Positions 62,475 to 64,000 of a stretch of DNA of 64,000 bases are shown in pieces; position 1 is the stretch's first letter, and every line of letters begins with the position of its first letter. The translations under genes were made by a program, and so were the position numbers. The notes beneath the pieces were generated by a model. The model was not told the origin of the DNA and made no database searches. It worked only from the letters and a program-made list of their open reading frames with translations. Source of the DNA: Octopus sinensis (taxonomy: Eukaryota); NCBI RefSeq assembly GCF_006345805.1, contig NC_042997.1, forward strand, positions 67,270,001 through 67,334,000. Direction: 5' to 3'.

Positions 62475-63171
62475 TTAAGTATATAAAAATATAATTATAT
62501 TTATAATCACAAGGATAACACTGTGACACAATTTTTGTCCATGGGTAGCAACTGTTATTTCCTATTTGCTTACCCCTATAAAGTATGGAAAATGGCTAAT
62601 ATTTCCTTCAAACGTTGCTTTTGTTACATTTATCCAAATCCCAAAGAATCCATCTCAACACATGGCTATGATGCTTACCCACTACTACTGCTCAAAGATG
62701 TACATATTGTCAGCCACTAGGGGTATGCTCAAGTGGTTATGGTAAAGTAACTGACAAGCACATCTGTGGGACTGAGCAGAATATTTGCTATAACGATATT
62801 TCTGCTTCAGCAACTCAACACTGAATCAAAACATTGATATTCAGGTTACAAAAGCCAAGTTTGAAGGGAATAGTAATCATTTCCTTTGATTTCTTAGAAG
62901 CAAATAGAAAACAATACTTACTGACCAAAGACAAAAAAATTAATATTTTGTTACACAGTGAAATTGATAGTATATTGTGTTCCTTAGGCATACTGTATAT
63001 TTTAATTGTAGCAGGCTACTTTATTGAAAAATATACATCACTCTACCAATATATAATTTATGAATAGTTTGACAGTGAAGATTGGAGGTAGTATAGGACT
63101 GGTTTAGTTCATTAAGCAGATAAGTTTCACTTGGAGATATTCTTCAAATCTAGAACTAAAGTAATACTTAC

Positions 63172-63323
63172 TTGACTCTAATCTCGGTTATTGTCTTTCG
63201 AGTATTAGCAAATTTTGCATTTGCATTCGTTAAAGCTCGTAAAATATTTTCTTGGGCAGCAAGGTTTTGTTCAATTAAATTGATTGTCTTATCATGCTTT
63301 TTCAACTGTTCTTCAAATATTTC
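63172..63323 (-). CDS. PTPN23: PTPN23 V-domain exon (EIFEEQLKKHDKTINLIEQNLAAQENILRAL...); gene continues beyond the window
   Basis: 152 bp, phase 0-2; LFEEQLKK and EQNLAAQ motifs of HD-PTP. Confidence 0.95.
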
Positions 63324-64000
63324 CTGGAAATTAGAAATTTGTTTTGTATCCCTTGAATTATTTAGATTATGAGGTTAAAATAAAATATCTAATTTGACAA
63401 GTGTAACAAAAATAAAAAATTGAGAGAGAGAGGTTAAAAATATTAAATATTTAAAGTTAACTATTAATGAGGTCAAAGCATTTTCAAATGCCTGAAGTAG
63501 ACATAAATATGATTTTAAAATGAAGGTTTTCCTCTTTTAAATGTAGAAAATAGTAAATCAACCATTAAAAGCTGTCAAAATCTTGTATTGAAAACCTGAC
63601 TACATTGCATCATAAAAAAAAAAAATCTAAGCAAATGGTGATAGTTATGAGGTTATGATGAATTTTTAAAAAGCAATTGGAACCAGCAAAATTTAGATAC
63701 TAGAATAGCAATCAGATTCCAAGATTTGTTAACTTTTAGATTAAACACTTCCAATTCATTCACTACAAAAAAACAACTTTTGAAAATTTAATTACCATAC
63801 ATCGTCTTACAAAATCTACAACTACTTAAGACAAAAAAAAACATATGAGCTAATTACTATCAATATTTTAAAATCTGTTTTTCCTATTGGCATGATTTAA
63901 ACTAATTACAGTATCTTTGTATGCACCTTATTTCATGCCATCTCATTCCTGAAACCCAATATCCTGACTACTAAACCTAACCACTTCATTCTATACATTC

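Overview
AT-rich eukaryotic genomic DNA. The tRNA-SINE and RTE repeat families look like octopus/cephalopod to me; this is an inference. The window holds the 3' parts of two convergent genes. (1) PTPN23/HD-PTP on the minus strand: 14 exons traced by hand from 63323 to a stop at 32767. They total 5178 nt (1725 aa + stop), all junctions are GT-AG and phase-consistent, and they encode the end of the ALIX-like V domain, a very long Gln/Pro/Ser-rich region, a degenerate PTP domain and the DPLSSLDPLW tail. The 5' exons lie beyond the window end. (2) A class B1 (secretin-family, calcitonin/CGRP-receptor-like) GPCR on the plus strand: the 42-bp TM7 exon (7792-7833) and the helix-8 exon (8100-8234), joined by a GC-AG intron. 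The rest is a dense repeat landscape: several tRNA-SINE families, RTE/CR1/REL LINE remnants, two Penelope-like remnants each near a degenerate hammerhead-like motif, hAT/Tc1/piggyBac remnants and MITEs, and long palindromes. Best leads: a U6 snRNA/SINE chimera (2411-2590), a near-identical inverted piggyBac pair bracketing four PTPN23 exons, a YPDL late-domain motif plus loss of PTAP in HD-PTP, and the hammerhead-like relics. All alignments were made by eye and no database searches were run.
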